From the NCBI GenBank assembly GCA_964016885.1, contig OZ024743.1:118916001-118980000 (forward strand): DNA of 64,000 nt. The letters are read 5' to 3'. The notes under the pieces are model-generated. The model was not told the DNA's origin. It made no database searches and saw nothing but the letters and a program-made list of their open reading frames with translations. Shown here piece after piece: positions 28,999 to 43,501 of the stretch. The stretch is from Eledone cirrhosa (taxonomy: Eukaryota). Positions within the stretch are counted from its first letter, which is position 1. The number at the start of each line of letters is the position of its first letter. A program made the translations under genes and the position numbers.

Positions 28999-29522
28999 TT
29001 CTATTAATTCGTTTCTTTCTCTTCAGAGACAAAACGAAAATGAAAAACGCAAAATCTAAAATACCATTAATTGCTATATTATATGTTTTATGTCATCGTT
29101 TAAGTGTTAACAGAAAAATGGAATATTCCCTAAGTGTTCAACAAGAAATATTTCACCTGTATTCACTCCACTCCTATTGCATAATGTAATATGATTAATC
29201 CGTTATATTCTTAATTAATGAAAAGAAAACATTTATATGAAGAACTGATAAGTGCTTTGCTTATTTTCTCTTTTTTTAAAATTTCAATAACAATTACGTT
29301 TCTTGTTAATTGCAGAATCCAATTTAAGTGTCGAAATGTGTAAAAGACAAAAACATTGTCCATATCTAATATTTCCATTCATCGCACTGCGGTCATGCTA
29401 GGGCAACATTTTCAGCGGTTTTTCGTCTGTTACTTAATTTTTCAACCTCTATTTATTGAATAACCTTATTACCTTTTGACCTAAATGACCGCAACCGAAG
29501 AACTATTTTGCACTCGGATGCG

Positions 29523-29577
<55 letters not shown>

Positions 29578-30399
29578 GTATATATATATATATTTTTTTT
29601 TTTTTTTCGATGGGCTTCCTCAACTAAATTCCACTCACAAAGTTCACCTGTTCAAGAAATCGCACTGTTTGGATTGAACCTGGGTGTATGTGGTTGTGAA
29701 GTATACTTATTTGTCAGGAACGCTTGTGAATTTTGAGAAATATATTCTACATGTAGCTTTGGTTTGATTTTTATAAACGAAAAATTGAAATCAGGCATTT
29801 AAAGGAAACTTAGAGACAATCTGGGAGAAAGAAAAATAGAAAATAAATAAAAAAAAAATGAAATAAACGATGGGAAGGACAAGCTAGAAAAGCCACAATA
29901 AATCTAAGGTAAAGACTAGAAAACATGAATTAGAAATGTATAGAGAGAAAGACATCAAGAACATGAAGCTGCACAGCACTTCTCCTTTGACTCTTCAATT
30001 CCATTATATGGGAAGTTTTTAGTGCACTACTACTGCTATTACCACTACTTGTATGCTAATGTTATCAGTCAATTCTATGATAGAATTTCTCTGTTTCTCT
30101 CTTGCTCTGTCTCTCACACACACAAACATATACACATTAATGTATGGTTTCACGGTTTCATGTTTCTTCAATTATTTATGATAATTTATTCAAGTTAAGT
30201 TGAATACATATTCTGAACGCTAAGACTTGCTCAGATAGCCTCATGCTGCTTCAACATCGTCTGAAGGAATGGGTGTAATATTGTCTGAAAATGCCGAAAT
30301 CACAGTGGTGTCAAATCGACTACTAATGATAGGAATATCCCGCGGTGTAAATTGTATATGGATATCAGATAAATAAACAGCTAGGAATTCTAAATAAAT

Positions 30400-30463
<64 letters not shown>

Positions 30464-30465
30464 AA
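30400..30465. repeat. (AAAG)n microsatellite
   Basis: Direct inspection. Confidence 0.95.
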
Positions 30466-31163
30466 ACGAGATGTTAACTAACCCACAAAACGTCAATCAG
30501 ACAGAAATAGTTGTCTGTATTTTAATTAATTTGTTTGTTTGGTTTTTTAATATAAGTTTACGAGCCGAATTTTTCCTCATACCAGAAAAAAATAAAAATG
30601 AAAAATAACAATTAAAAATAAATAAATCATTAAATCAATTCATCAAATTAAATTAAAATCGATTCAATGTTTTCTTTCTATTCTTTTATTTTCGACTAAA
30701 AACTGCGAGAATTTAGTGAGTGGAAATAAAGTGAGATTTCAGCTGTTTATATGAATTAGGCGATTTCAATCACGCTTGGGTGGAAGGCACGTGTAAAGCT
30801 GTTGCTGGCAGTTCATATGGGGGTATAAAATTAAGATGTGCTTCTTAAGTAAGCGCTCATCCATAGCATATTTTCGACAGCAGTACAAACAGGTTCATAA
30901 AAGCAATAGAAGGACGTGAAAAAAATACATATAAAATATAAAAAATCCCCAAAGAAAAAACAAAACAAAGCAAAACAAAACCCCTACCACCCTCCACAAA
31001 AACCCCACTTGCATGAGTATGTATGCATACACCATGCACGGAGTGTTATTAGTATTATATGTCTATAGACATTCATTCATATATATATTATAAAATACAC
31101 ACGCACATACATATTATACACACACACACACATATATATTATACACACACACATATATATTAT

Positions 31164-31219
<56 letters not shown>

Positions 31220-31574
31220 TTTATGTATACACACACATACAGATGAAATCATAATTTAGGAATCGTCTTGTTATATATTTCACGATGTTGTTAAGAGAAT
31301 ATTTGAAGGCTCGAGTTTGATAAGAATCAGTGGCATATTTCTTTTGTTTTTACTATATATTAAATTAACCATCTATTCGAATTAAGAGTAGAAACAGAAA
31401 ATAATTGGAAGAATCACAAGAATACTGTTTGTGATATCTACGTTTAGCTACCCAAACTATACGAGTCCAGTGGAAATAGCAACTGAATAGTCCTAAAGAA
31501 ACATTGGATGTAATCTCATGAAATATCGGGATGGTCGTGGCTAGATTGATTTTGGTCATAGATCTACCAGTTTA

Positions 31575-31720
31575 GGTTTGAACTGGTACTTTATTTTGTC
31601 GACCCCGTAAGGATAAAAGTTAACCTCGGCAGGACTTGAACTCAGAATGTAAAGGGCCATAACTATACTGCAAAGCATGGTGTCCGACGCTCTACCGATA
31701 CTGCCAATCCACTGCCCTTA
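31575..31720 (-). mobile_element. SINE family A, 5' part
   Basis: ctggtactttattttgtcgaccccgtaaggat...aacctcggcaggacttgaactcagaatgtaaaggg...tactgccaatccactgccctt; closely matches 300-428. Confidence 0.85.
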
Positions 31721-32344
31721 GTTGGAAAATAGGTGCAAGATCAATTTGCAAAGATCTTTCGTCGAGCCCAAATGCTTTCCACTAGAATTTTCCAGCCAAG
31801 CCCAATTTCAATTAGATACAGCTCCAGAGATACTTCAGTCAGTCATATATGAACTTATAATTCGCTAGACCGATCGTTCGGAATTTAGCTCTTGGGCTAC
31901 GCAAACAATTTTTTTTTTTTTGTTTGTTTTTGCCAAGCCAACCCTTTAAATTTATTCAGTCTTTATCATATATTTTGTTTTCAGTAGATTATATCATTTA
32001 TGAAATATAATGTGAGGAGCATTTAGTTTCTATTTCTAGCTGTTCTAATGATAGCTTAGCGGCCTTCCTTTTGTTTAAATCCAGGTCAACCCAACAACTA
32101 CTAACAGTGAAATCTGAAGTTATGGATCATTGCATGTCTTACCCAAATTTTATGGATTCTTTCTTGCACATATTTCCTTGTTCTATAATTTTTTTGCTAT
32201 TTGTTATTACCTATCTATTGTTGTTGTTGCTGTCTCCCTTTTACTTTCTGTGAATAATTTACTGTCTTCTTTGTTGTTTTTCTTAGCAATTTTGCTTCAT
32301 TTGTCCAATAAAGGAAACAATTATTAACGTCGTCGTCGCCGTAT

Positions 32345-32421
<77 letters not shown>

Positions 32422-32437
32422 ACAGCAGCAGCAGCAG
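32345..32437. repeat. (TAG)n followed by (CAG)n
   Basis: Direct inspection. Confidence 0.95.
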
Positions 32438-33015
32438 TATGAGGGTTTTCTGCACATCCAAAATACATTTAACCACTCTAGAACAAATTTCGTCTGGGAC
32501 ATATATTATTTCCCACACTTCCCTACACAATCGTATAAAATCACCGCAATCACTCCGTCGTCAACCAGGCATTATGACAATTCCAATTCAATACCGACGT
32601 GGTATATATATATATATACACAACTACGTGAGTGAAGCAAAAATGTATAATACGCATCCAAAGGACACTAAGTCAGATGAGAGGAAGATGTAACAACAAC
32701 AATAATAATAATTGTTAATCAGATTAAGATATTGTTTACATAACAGCATGATATTTCTAACTATCCACCCCTCTCTCTCACTTTGTCTTGCGTTTATTTA
32801 TTCTTTAATTTATTTATTGCAGACAGGAATAAAATGTCAGAAGAAATGGAGAGCATAACAAAGCCCATGGCTAAAAGGAAACTAGAATAGTGATTTTTCT
32901 TTGCTAAGCGAGATAGTTATCCTTCACGGTCCAACGCCATCAGATTCCGGTAATTCCCAGCTAACTCATCGAACAAATTGGCATGACAACAAAGACCAGT
33001 GTTAAAGAATAAATA

Positions 33016-33093
<78 letters not shown>

Positions 33094-33104
33094 ATATTTA
33101 TATA

Positions 33105-33230
33105 TACTTTATTCTTTCACTGGTTTCAGTCAATAGACTGCGGCCATACTAGAACATCACCTTCAAGGGATATAGTCGATTATATTAACTCAATTGCATA
33201 TTGTCTTTAAGTCTGGTACTTAGATGTAAA
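33105..33230 (-). mobile_element. SINE 3' fragment (family C); related pieces at about 26735-26860 and 29370-29500
   Basis: Shared motif tttcagtca.t.gactgcggccat.ct.g.gca.c.cctt in three locations. Confidence 0.5.
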
Positions 33231-36200
33231 AAATATAATGAAATGATGTGAGATAAAAATGATAATCAAAACACATAAAACATCCTTAGCGCTAATATTA
33301 TATAAATAAGTGAAACTGTGGTATAGTGTAAAGGGAGGATAATTTACTGGAGAAATATTAGAGAAAGATGGAATCTGAAAGACGATTTCGTTGCTTCCGA
33401 AGCACAATAAAAAGATTTCAGTAGTTCTACTGCAATATATTCATTCTGAATTCAATGTCATAGTAGTGAACAAAGGGGAGAATGACAAAGATTGGAGAAG
33501 ATATGTTAGAAATTATATAATTTACACAACTACCATTAATGAAAAATAAGCTCTTTCGAAAGTGTATACATATATATAAGTGTGTATGCTTGGGTATGTG
33601 CGTTTGTGTGTGTTTGTTTATGTATAAGAACTGGTGACACTTCGTTAATGAAAATAGACCTAACAATAATAAAATCAGTTGTAGTAGTGATATAGTTTAG
33701 TATTTCCCAAATAAGCAGGTCAAATTGGGTATTGACCCATAGCTAGCTGGCACACTTCACAAACGAAAACACCTAACAACTATAAAGAGGCTAATATTAC
33801 AGAAAATAAGATACTAAACAAATACATACAATTTTCAGAAGATTAGCGACTCAAAGTGCGAGTCCGCAAAAACGTAAAAATATATACACACAAGCGCACA
33901 CAGACACAAAATCTCTATGTATGTTATTTTTTTTTTCAATGTATTTCTTATTTCTTTGGGTGTATATTTCTTTCTTCCAAACAACAGGCTACGCCAAGTG
34001 CTTAACAACAAACAAAACGGAACAGATAGTAATTCTTGAAGAAGTAAGTTTACAAAAAACTATAAGTGAAAAACAAATAGATAAATTAAAAAATAAAGTA
34101 CTCTCATGCTCAGTTGCTCACACGATAACCCCTATCTTCACTCCCCCATATCCATTTCCCACCTCTTACCCGCTTCTTTATCTCACCCACTCACGCTCCT
34201 TTTCTCTAGCTGTTAAACTAACCATCTGAATCTATTTACGTATTCATATATACCTATGTAAATATCTATCTATCTAACAATATATATCTCACCTGCCTAT
34301 TTACCTACATATCTGTCTATTTTCCGATATGTATCTACTTATATATCTAACCAATATCTCTGTTCATTTGTTGTTGGATTTCTTAATTATTATTCTTAAT
34401 ATTTGTGTAATGTTTTCTACTAGATATAATTTGGCGTACATTATTGTAAGTGCGTATGCAGTCATGCATGTATAGAGTACATAGAATACATTATATAATG
34501 TCTTCATAATCTTACAGGAAAAATGCATATATGTTTCTTGTTTGTTTACCTGTACGCAGTTCTAAATACAGTTTTACCAGATTAGCCAGGTAGTTAAGCA
34601 GATCACCTATGACTATTTGTTTCGGGGTCTCCGGGACTTATGAGAGGAAACTATCTTCAAACCAGTGACCTAATCCAGTTACATGTAGCAGAGTGAACTC
34701 CGCTAAATGTACTTACGGCGATGTTGTAAATTTTCCAATCAAAGTAGTTATTTATGATAAACCTGATTAAGATTGATAAGTTTTATCGCCAAAAAATCTG
34801 TCTTAAGCAAATTCTAAAACCTAGAAGTCTAGTTTCAGTTATATGAAATAGTTAATAATTCTAGCAATGCGGAGAAAGAAAGCGGGTGGGAGAACGAATG
34901 AATGCGAAACTACATCTATATGTATGTCAAACCAATGTGCTGACATGAATTATATGTTACAGTCGACTCAACGTAGCAGTTTTTACATGCTCGCTCTACA
35001 TATTAACCCTCATCATATCGAACACCACTGTTTTGAAAAATTAAAGTAAAAAAACTAGTTGATTGTAGATTGTATAATATCACTCGACTACAAGACATAG
35101 CATCCAAATCTCTCCATCAAATATCATAGAACCAATAATGTAGACCAGACAACTCTACTTCAGAAAGCAAATTAGTTGGCCATGTCTTAATGGGTACTGC
35201 GATAGGCTCATAATTATAATATCGTGAATTTGATTTTCAGACTGAATGGTGATGTGTCCTTAAGCAAGACATTTCATGTGTTCTAGTCCAGTCAGATAGA
35301 AAGAAAAATGAGCTGCGATGGCATTGGGACCAAACCGTCGGGACAACATTCCTGGCACGGGGAGGGGGTACTTTCGTGCATGGTCGATTGTCTGTTTTCC
35401 ACAAATACCTTGCCCTGGCTTTTAATTCGAATAGGAAATATCCATGTGCAAAACCATGGTCCATCGTGGTGCAAGGGGTCCTTTTACTTAGATATATCTG
35501 AAACATGTTTCGTTATAGGTTTGCTTGGGGCTAAACATTCCAAGAACAACGATGAGGGCGGTTATATTGAATCGTGTAGTTCTAGATACAGCCAAAATAG
35601 AAGATGTATTATACTGTTATCCTAAGGTAAGGAAACTGACCTAAGTTTAAACAACAACAACAACAACAATGAAAATGTAAATTTACATTTGTAGACAGAT
35701 ACAGAAAGACGTCAATAAGATAAGAACACATAACAAAATACAGACACAAGACAAAACAAAGGAAGTACTATTTGATGACATATGTAAACAAGATGCGAGC
35801 ATTTAGCTTAAAAGATACGACCAACGAAAGCAAAGTAAACAAAACTAATAATAATAAGATAGCAAAATCAATGAAGAGTGGGAGAATCTGAGAACGAAAC
35901 GATGAAAACTGTGAGGTGGTAGCAGCAATATCGTAGTGGGTGGAGGAGATAAGAGAGGGAATAAAATCTCTTGGCACGTGCGGCTTTAGCTTTCAAACTG
36001 AAAAGAAAGGGTTATGATCTTATCTACTATCTTCTCCCACATTCTGTCTCCCCATCTATTTATATATCTATCTCTATCGTTTTAAGATAAACTACTTTCA
36101 TCAGTCCCGCTGTTTGTCCCCTTGTTTTATCAGGTGACAAAAACATTGGGGGTTATAATAAAAGAAAGACTGAGAAAAGAGTCTCAATAAGCAAAATAAC

Positions 36201-38119
36201 AAGGAAAAATTTTCATTATAATATTAACCTGTTTTTTTTTTTTTCTTTCATATTAATAATATCAAGCAGCTGAGAAGAGATTTATCTGATAAACATTTGA
36301 AGAGTGCATCATATAACACACGATAATACATAAACGTATGTGTGTATGCGCACGCGCGTTTGTGTGTGTATTTGTTTGTGCGTGTGAAGATCCTTTGAAC
36401 AGATATAACTATTGAGAAAGATGACGAAAAATGGCCGTCTTGAGCCGGCAATTCAACGGGGAAAAAGTTTTTAGACGTGGCTATTTCATTTATTTAGCAT
36501 TTACAGTATAGATAATTATGTTTTCTTTGCATTCTGTTCAGATCAATGCATACAAATATTCTCCTAAATGATAATATAGTAGACAACTAGGACGATCCAT
36601 ACCACCACGAACATTGGAACACCAAGGACAATGGAAAAGTGTTTTGATTGATAATTTCCTACCCCACTCCACCGCATTATCAGCCACAAAAAAATCAATA
36701 ACTAAACCATTTAAATCCAAGAAAATTCATTCCTAAACTCTCTTAAGTTGACTTGCTCAAATATGCTTAACAAAACAGCCCATAATAAAGTTTACAACTG
36801 GGGCATGTAATCGCAGGCACACGTCAATGGTTTAGTTAAGCAAATAGCTTAACTAAAATCGCCATGCAACGTACCGTAAAGTAAACATTATTTACAAAAA
36901 CACTACTCGTGAAAGTGTAGTAATATATAAAGATGCGTTAAAATTCAATATTTCTGTTACTGTTTCTTTAAGCTTCAAATGCTTCTTCCTGAGAATCTGT
37001 ATTGTATATTTAAAGGGGGAAATGCCATATAATTGTGTAAGCGTGTTTCCCTAGACGTTCTGAACTATCTCCACACGTGGCGAAAGAATGTTATGAAACA
37101 TTTATTTAATTTTTCACGAAATAAGAGCCATAAAACCATACCTTAAATTGTTTCGTTTTAACTGGCAGTTAAAACCCCAAACGTTCTGTTTAATCTAATA
37201 TGAGTTCGTCAAAATACTCTGGCATAGTTTCTTCTTATAGGAACGAAATAAATTGAGACAATATAACAAATTCTGTAAAATCAGTATTGTTCATTCAGCG
37301 GTAATTCTACATGCGAAGCTGAATGAGATTTTGATATAAGGTCAATAATCTCTCTCTCTCACTGAGTGGGTGTGCGTGTGAAAATAAAGAATGAGTATTT
37401 GACAAACGTTGAAAGGTATATTCATTTTATCGTCAATTGTCAGATCACATCATGAGAAACGTTCATTGGTGACTGAAGTCTGGACAAATATGCATTTACA
37501 CACGCCGCTACAGTTTAACAATATATTTTAAAATAAATATAATTTCTTCACCTATTTCATTGGAAATATTCAAGACATTCACGAGTTAGATATATGTGTG
37601 TAATCTGTACGAGAGCAGTGATTCAGTTAGACCATAAGATAATATATACATGCATTGTGATATTTGATTACCTCCCTTTACAGTATGCACTCAAATTCTG
37701 CTGAGAGTCAATCAAATATTCAGTCAAGTGCTGACAGGACCTAATCGAATATACCCCGCCACACAATTGTCTAATATCGTGACTTATCATTAATCCACGT
37801 GTGAAATCTATATGAAAGGGGTAAGACGGAGAATTACAAGAGTCGTTGGAGCATTGGATCGAATATATTGCAGCGCTCGTTTCAGTCAAAGACAATGTCA
37901 ACATTTCCAGTCATAATTTAGGAATTGGTAAATGAAGTAGCCGTCGAGGACACTAATTCTCTCTCCCACTCTCAAGTTAATTTAAGTACATTGCCACAAC
38001 AACAATGAAACGAGTACTCTCGGCATTAAAAGTTGAATAAACGACGAGAAGATCGTGTGCAATGATATTTTTATTTATTTTAGTCTTTTTTTAAAAAAGA
38101 AATAACGAGACATTATTAA

Positions 38120-38207
38120 TGAGTTCAAATCCCGCCGAGTTTAACTTTACCTTTCATCCTTACGTGGGATAATTGCTGGCCTTGTGCCAAAAGTAGAATC
38201 AATTATT
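38120..38207 (+). mobile_element. Internally deleted SINE family A copy
   Basis: gagttcaaatcccgccgagtttaactttacctttcatccttacg joined to aattgctggccttgtgccaaaagtagaatcaattatt; reverse complement of the 47.0 kb copy. Confidence 0.85.
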
Positions 38208-38249
38208 AATGGGTAAATGGGAGTTTCGGACTGGAAGTAAATTGTTTAC

Positions 38250-38485
38250 CTGTATCTGCCGTGTCTTCTCGTTTCCGTTTCACACTTCCATTGTTGAGAT
38301 TTCCTGGATTTTGTGAATTGATTCCCAGAATGCCACTAATAGAATAGGAACCTGGTCGTGTCAGAGCTTCTGCTCCTGATGGCGTCTGCGACTGTGCAAT
38401 TCCAGGGTTTGGAGCTTCGACCTGAAGCGAAGGACTTGACTGAGATTGACCTTTCGCCTTTTCTGCTGCTCGATTTCGGACTATT
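38250..38485 (-). CDS. Pax2/5/8: Pax2/5/8 coding exon: end of paired domain, octapeptide and basic motif; 236 bp, phase 2/1
   Basis: Translates to (R)IVRNRAAEKAKGQ...PGSYSISGILGINSQNPGNLNNGSVKRKREDTADT. YSISGILG is the Pax2/5/8 octapeptide (eh1-like) and KRKR is a likely NLS. Acceptor ttttggtgttcccag and donor CAG|gtaaac. Lies inside ORF 38206..38601. Confidence 0.96.
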
Positions 38486-38734
38486 CTGGGAACACCAAAA
38501 TAAATAAATAAATAAAATAAGAATAAATAAATATAGATAAACACATATAAATAGACAGGATTATGTCTGGCTAAGATAAAAGCAACATCTATCACATGCA
38601 TTACCCTCTGGTGAAGAGGATTTCAATGTATGCCTTTCATTCTTTCTGCATCCATAAAATAATATATCGCTTAAGCATTTGGGTAGATTTAACCGATTAT
38701 GCCCCTTCGCCATATCTGCGAATTTGTGTCTCTG

Positions 38735-38774
<40 letters not shown>

Positions 38775-38814
38775 GTATATATATGAGTGTGTGTGTACAC
38801 ACACACACATATAA

Positions 38815-38894
<80 letters not shown>

Positions 38895-38928
38895 TGTATG
38901 TACACACACATATATGTATATATACATA

Positions 38929-39000
<72 letters not shown>

Positions 39001-39059
39001 ATATATGTATATATATATGTGTGTGTGTATATGTGTGTGTATATAAGTTGATAAATGAG

Positions 39060-39215
39060 TGGCAAAAATACCTAATGCAAAGTAAATATATAATTTATCA
39101 GCTCCGGGTGAATGAAATGCCAAGTCGGACGCGGAAGGATTTGAACGTGTCGTGAAAGATTGTAACTAAAAATAACAAAGCATTTTACCCGACGTTCTAA
39201 TAATTCTACTAGCTA
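39060..39215 (-). mobile_element. Diverged SINE family A fragment
   Basis: tttatcagctcc..gaatgaaatgccaagtcggac..ggatttgaac..aagcattttacccgacgttctaataattct; degenerate family A pattern. Confidence 0.5.
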
Positions 39216-39993
39216 GCTACATTTATGGGATGTATAAGATATGCTTATTCTATAAACCAATTATCATTCCTAGTTTTTGTTATCCTTGTTTTTGGTTTAA
39301 ATACACTAACGTAAGAAGAATTTCCTCTTTTTGTTGTTGTTGATGTTGATAAATCAACAAAATGTTTACTAAAAGTAAGTAAATAAACAACTCCAAACAA
39401 GACATGAAATACAACAGTGAAATGGAATACTAGGAGACAGACGAGGAGCAGAAGAAATCTACTCTCGGTTGATGAAAAGAAATATCTTTTCTTTTAATCC
39501 TTCACAAAAAACAGCAGGAAGTAATCTTGTTAGAAATAAAAACTGCCTAAAATAAAGCAATCTCATCTGATAATTTCTTAAGAGTTATACTTTTTTCTTT
39601 CTTTACATAGTAATGTTATTACTATTATTATTATTATTATTGAGGTTCTTCCTCTCTTCTTATCACAAGCAATACACCACAACTATTTTGATGTGTACAA
39701 GATAAAGTGTACTTTCCTATCTCTAAGAAAGAAATACATTCGGATTTCGCTTGTAGCTTCTAACCAGACAGCTTTCTATTTATTTATTTATTTACTTTCA
39801 AATTTCGTGATTCTCTAGTTATTAAAGTTACGAAAAAGAGAGAGAAAAGACGTTATTACTACTTATAGAGTGTCAGAAATATATGGGTCAACTGAAAATA
39901 TAGGATCCCAAATAGTACAAATACCGCATCATACAATATCCATAATACAGTTTTTTGGAGTAGAATAGGCGCACGCACACACACACATACACC

Positions 39994-40127
<134 letters not shown>

Positions 40128-40430
40128 CAGACGTGTGTATGTGTATAAGCATCTACATGCAGAGATAGAAGAAAGTATGTTGTTTGACTGAGGAGCAGTA
40201 TCTTGTTTTCAGCTCAATGTGGTGTAAGTAAAGTAAAACATTATTTTAGTACTTTACTAAGGAAACGGATCATTGAAGGCTAAAAAAAATAATAAATAAG
40301 TAAATAGAAACACCACACCAACAAGACTTTACGAGAATCTATGATCACATTAATCACTTAGTTTCCATTAATGTATATATTCATTCATACATTATACATA
40401 TATGTGTGTGTGTGTACATACAATTACACA

Positions 40431-40498
<68 letters not shown>

Positions 40499-40574
40499 TT
40501 TCATATATATATATATTATATATGTATGTATATATATATTATAAATATATATATATATTATAAATATGTGTGTT

Positions 40575-40606
<32 letters not shown>

Positions 40607-40959
40607 AGTGAGTATATATATACACGCAACTATACATTAATTTGCAATATATATATACGCATATACATATTTATACATATACGCACGCACACACAGAGTT
40701 ATATATATATATATATATATAATATATAAGTGTGTGTGTGTGTGTGTGTGTTCTCGAGTAATATCTGAGTCGTAGCTAAGAGCTAACGTGATAAAACATT
40801 GCAAGAGGGACGATCGTTGACTTTGATGTTGTTTGGTGTATTTATTTGTTATTATTATTTTCGCTTTTTTTTTTTTTTTCAATGCACGAAATAATAAATA
40901 TTTCCAATACTGTTGTGGTTGGAAGACTACTTTAGGATGTACACAGACACAGACAGACA

Positions 40960-41048
<89 letters not shown>

Positions 41049-41953
41049 GCGTTGAGTGTGAGGAATGTGCCTGTGTGTAGAATAGACATTAACTGAAATT
41101 CGCCAGAAGATGAGGGTTTTATTAAGAACAAGACCTAAATTATAGGTTTATTTATTGAGAGATGCTATCTTTTAAATAAAAATGAGCGTGTCTCCACATC
41201 CACTTTTTTTTTTGTCCTTTTAACTGAAACGACCTCTTTATGACCGAAAGATCCATGGAATCCGAATTATACATTTTTGGCGACGAATATGCTTTTGATT
41301 ATAAACTATTACTACGACTACAACTATACCCGAGTGTAAGACTTTCTATGTGTTCTCATACCCTTGTAACAATAACTACCATAGCAGGTAAATCCATTGA
41401 ATTACATCTTAAGATGAATAGCGTATTTGATAAACTATTCACAGTGATACATTATATCTGGTGGTGGAGAAGATGGGATCGGATATGCATGGCTAAAATG
41501 CCATTCACCACAATGTTTTCTCGATAAGTATTAAATTAAGGCTACCCAAATTCCAATTTAGAAAAAAGAACAACATTTATAAACAAAATTACTGTTTCTA
41601 ATTTATATTGAACATAGCAGGAAACTTGAAGAACTACGTTATTTAGCTATAACTAGCAGACATTAAGAATAAAATGCACCCTTAATGAAACAAGTTACTT
41701 ATTTAGCTTACAGATGAACGGTCGATGGAATGCGACGAAGCTGTAATTAGCTGTTTGTTGTTAACTCGTCGTTTTTTCTAACTTTTAGTCATCAACGAAA
41801 GGAAATGACGGCGGAAAATAAAAATAATATAGTGTCTCAAGAATTACCGCGAAAGAAATATCAGAATACCAGGCATATTTGCTTAGGGAATGATTCCTAT
41901 ATACAGAAATAGATAGACCTTACTGAATAAATGAACTGGAAGCAAGGTAATGG

Positions 41954-42007
<54 letters not shown>

Positions 42008-43111
42008 CATACACCTTATGGCTGTCCATAAATCAGAAGCAGAAATAAAGTCAACAACGACCAGTAATAAATTTTTGAGGTATAAGCAAATAAAGATCTT
42101 GTGGGAATGATGTTTGTGCCCATATATATTTATACATATTTATGTGTGTGTGTGTGTGTAAAATACACACGCATGTATATAAGTATGATTATATACGTGT
42201 TTTTTTTAGTGAAACATACATTATGACAAGGAAATATTTTACTACACTCTGGAGAATATCATATCCTATTCATGGGACTTATAAAGTTTTGTTGCCAGTC
42301 AGATAATGATTTTTTTTTTTCATGTTTGGCACAAATACAACAAAGACAATTCTTCAACATAAGATTGATTTCAAATGATAAGGGCTTTTCAGACTGGCAT
42401 ACGGCCAAATAGTGAAACAGAAGGGTATATATATATCGAACTTAGCACATTTTATTGATTCTGAGGCTGTATATTGTTAGATGTACAGTCATTTCCACCA
42501 CATAGCACAAGTACAAAAAAGGCATTAAACCAATAAATAGAATCTCTTTGTGGTCGCACGAAATATTCCAAATAGTAACCAGATCTTAATCAAACCAGAG
42601 CATCCTAGAAAAGGATTCGTTGGATAATGTGGTCCTAGGATCACTGCACACGGAAAGAAATCGGCATGCTCGAAGTCTGTTCCGAGGCGAGAACAACAAA
42701 TAATTCTGCAACACACTGCCAATTATTTCACTGAGTTTAAAGTATATTTGATTAAATTGATCTCAGTATATATCCTGTACTTATTTTATTGACCCCGCTA
42801 ATCGATTTTGTTCGGAATTGATTTCAGAATGTAATTATTCAAAACTAAATAATATTAGGTTTTATAATAAGAAAATGTTTGAATCCCATACATATATATA
42901 TAATGACAGGGAGAGAGGGAATGAGAGTGAGAGAGAGAGAGGAGAAGAAATTGAGAAAGTGTGAAAGAGAGAGAGTGAGAGATCAAATGAATACTCTTAT
43001 AAAAATATGGCTATTATTAAAGTGTATTCAATGATATAATATTTAAATAATTTTATGTGAAAGATATTGCTCCTTTTCTCATATTATTGTAATCATACTT
43101 TCGAAATTTAC

Positions 43112-43309
43112 CTGTTGATCGAACTGACACTCGGTACGTTATCTTGGCTGCAAATATTCTCTGACAACAATCGGTCTCTGATTTCCCATGCAAACATTGT
43201 AGGATTTTCCTGTTTGTAACGAGCAATAGCTTCAACAACTTTTGGCGTTGCCACCTTCGGCTTGGAACCACCTATCACACCCGGTTTTATGGAGCCCGTT
43301 TCATAATAT
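43112..43309 (-). CDS. Pax2/5/8: Pax2/5/8 coding exon, paired domain linker and RED subdomain; 198 bp, phase 2/2
   Basis: Translates to (R)[65 protein letters not shown](R). Acceptor ttttattttag and donor CAG|gtaaat. [14 protein letters not shown] is typical of Pax2/5/8. Confidence 0.98.
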
Positions 43310-43323
43310 CTAAAATAAAAAAG

Positions 43324-43501
<178 letters not shown>

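Noticed and set aside
34717-34762. 46-nt segment with a strong gtaagt donor and an upstream AG on the gene strand
   Set aside because: It is open in phase 2, but entering in the required phase 1 gives an immediate TAA.
37668-37904. 78-aa minus-strand ORF just downstream of the octapeptide exon
   Set aside because: No recognisable similarity, no convincing acceptor, and the donor phase is incompatible with downstream exons.
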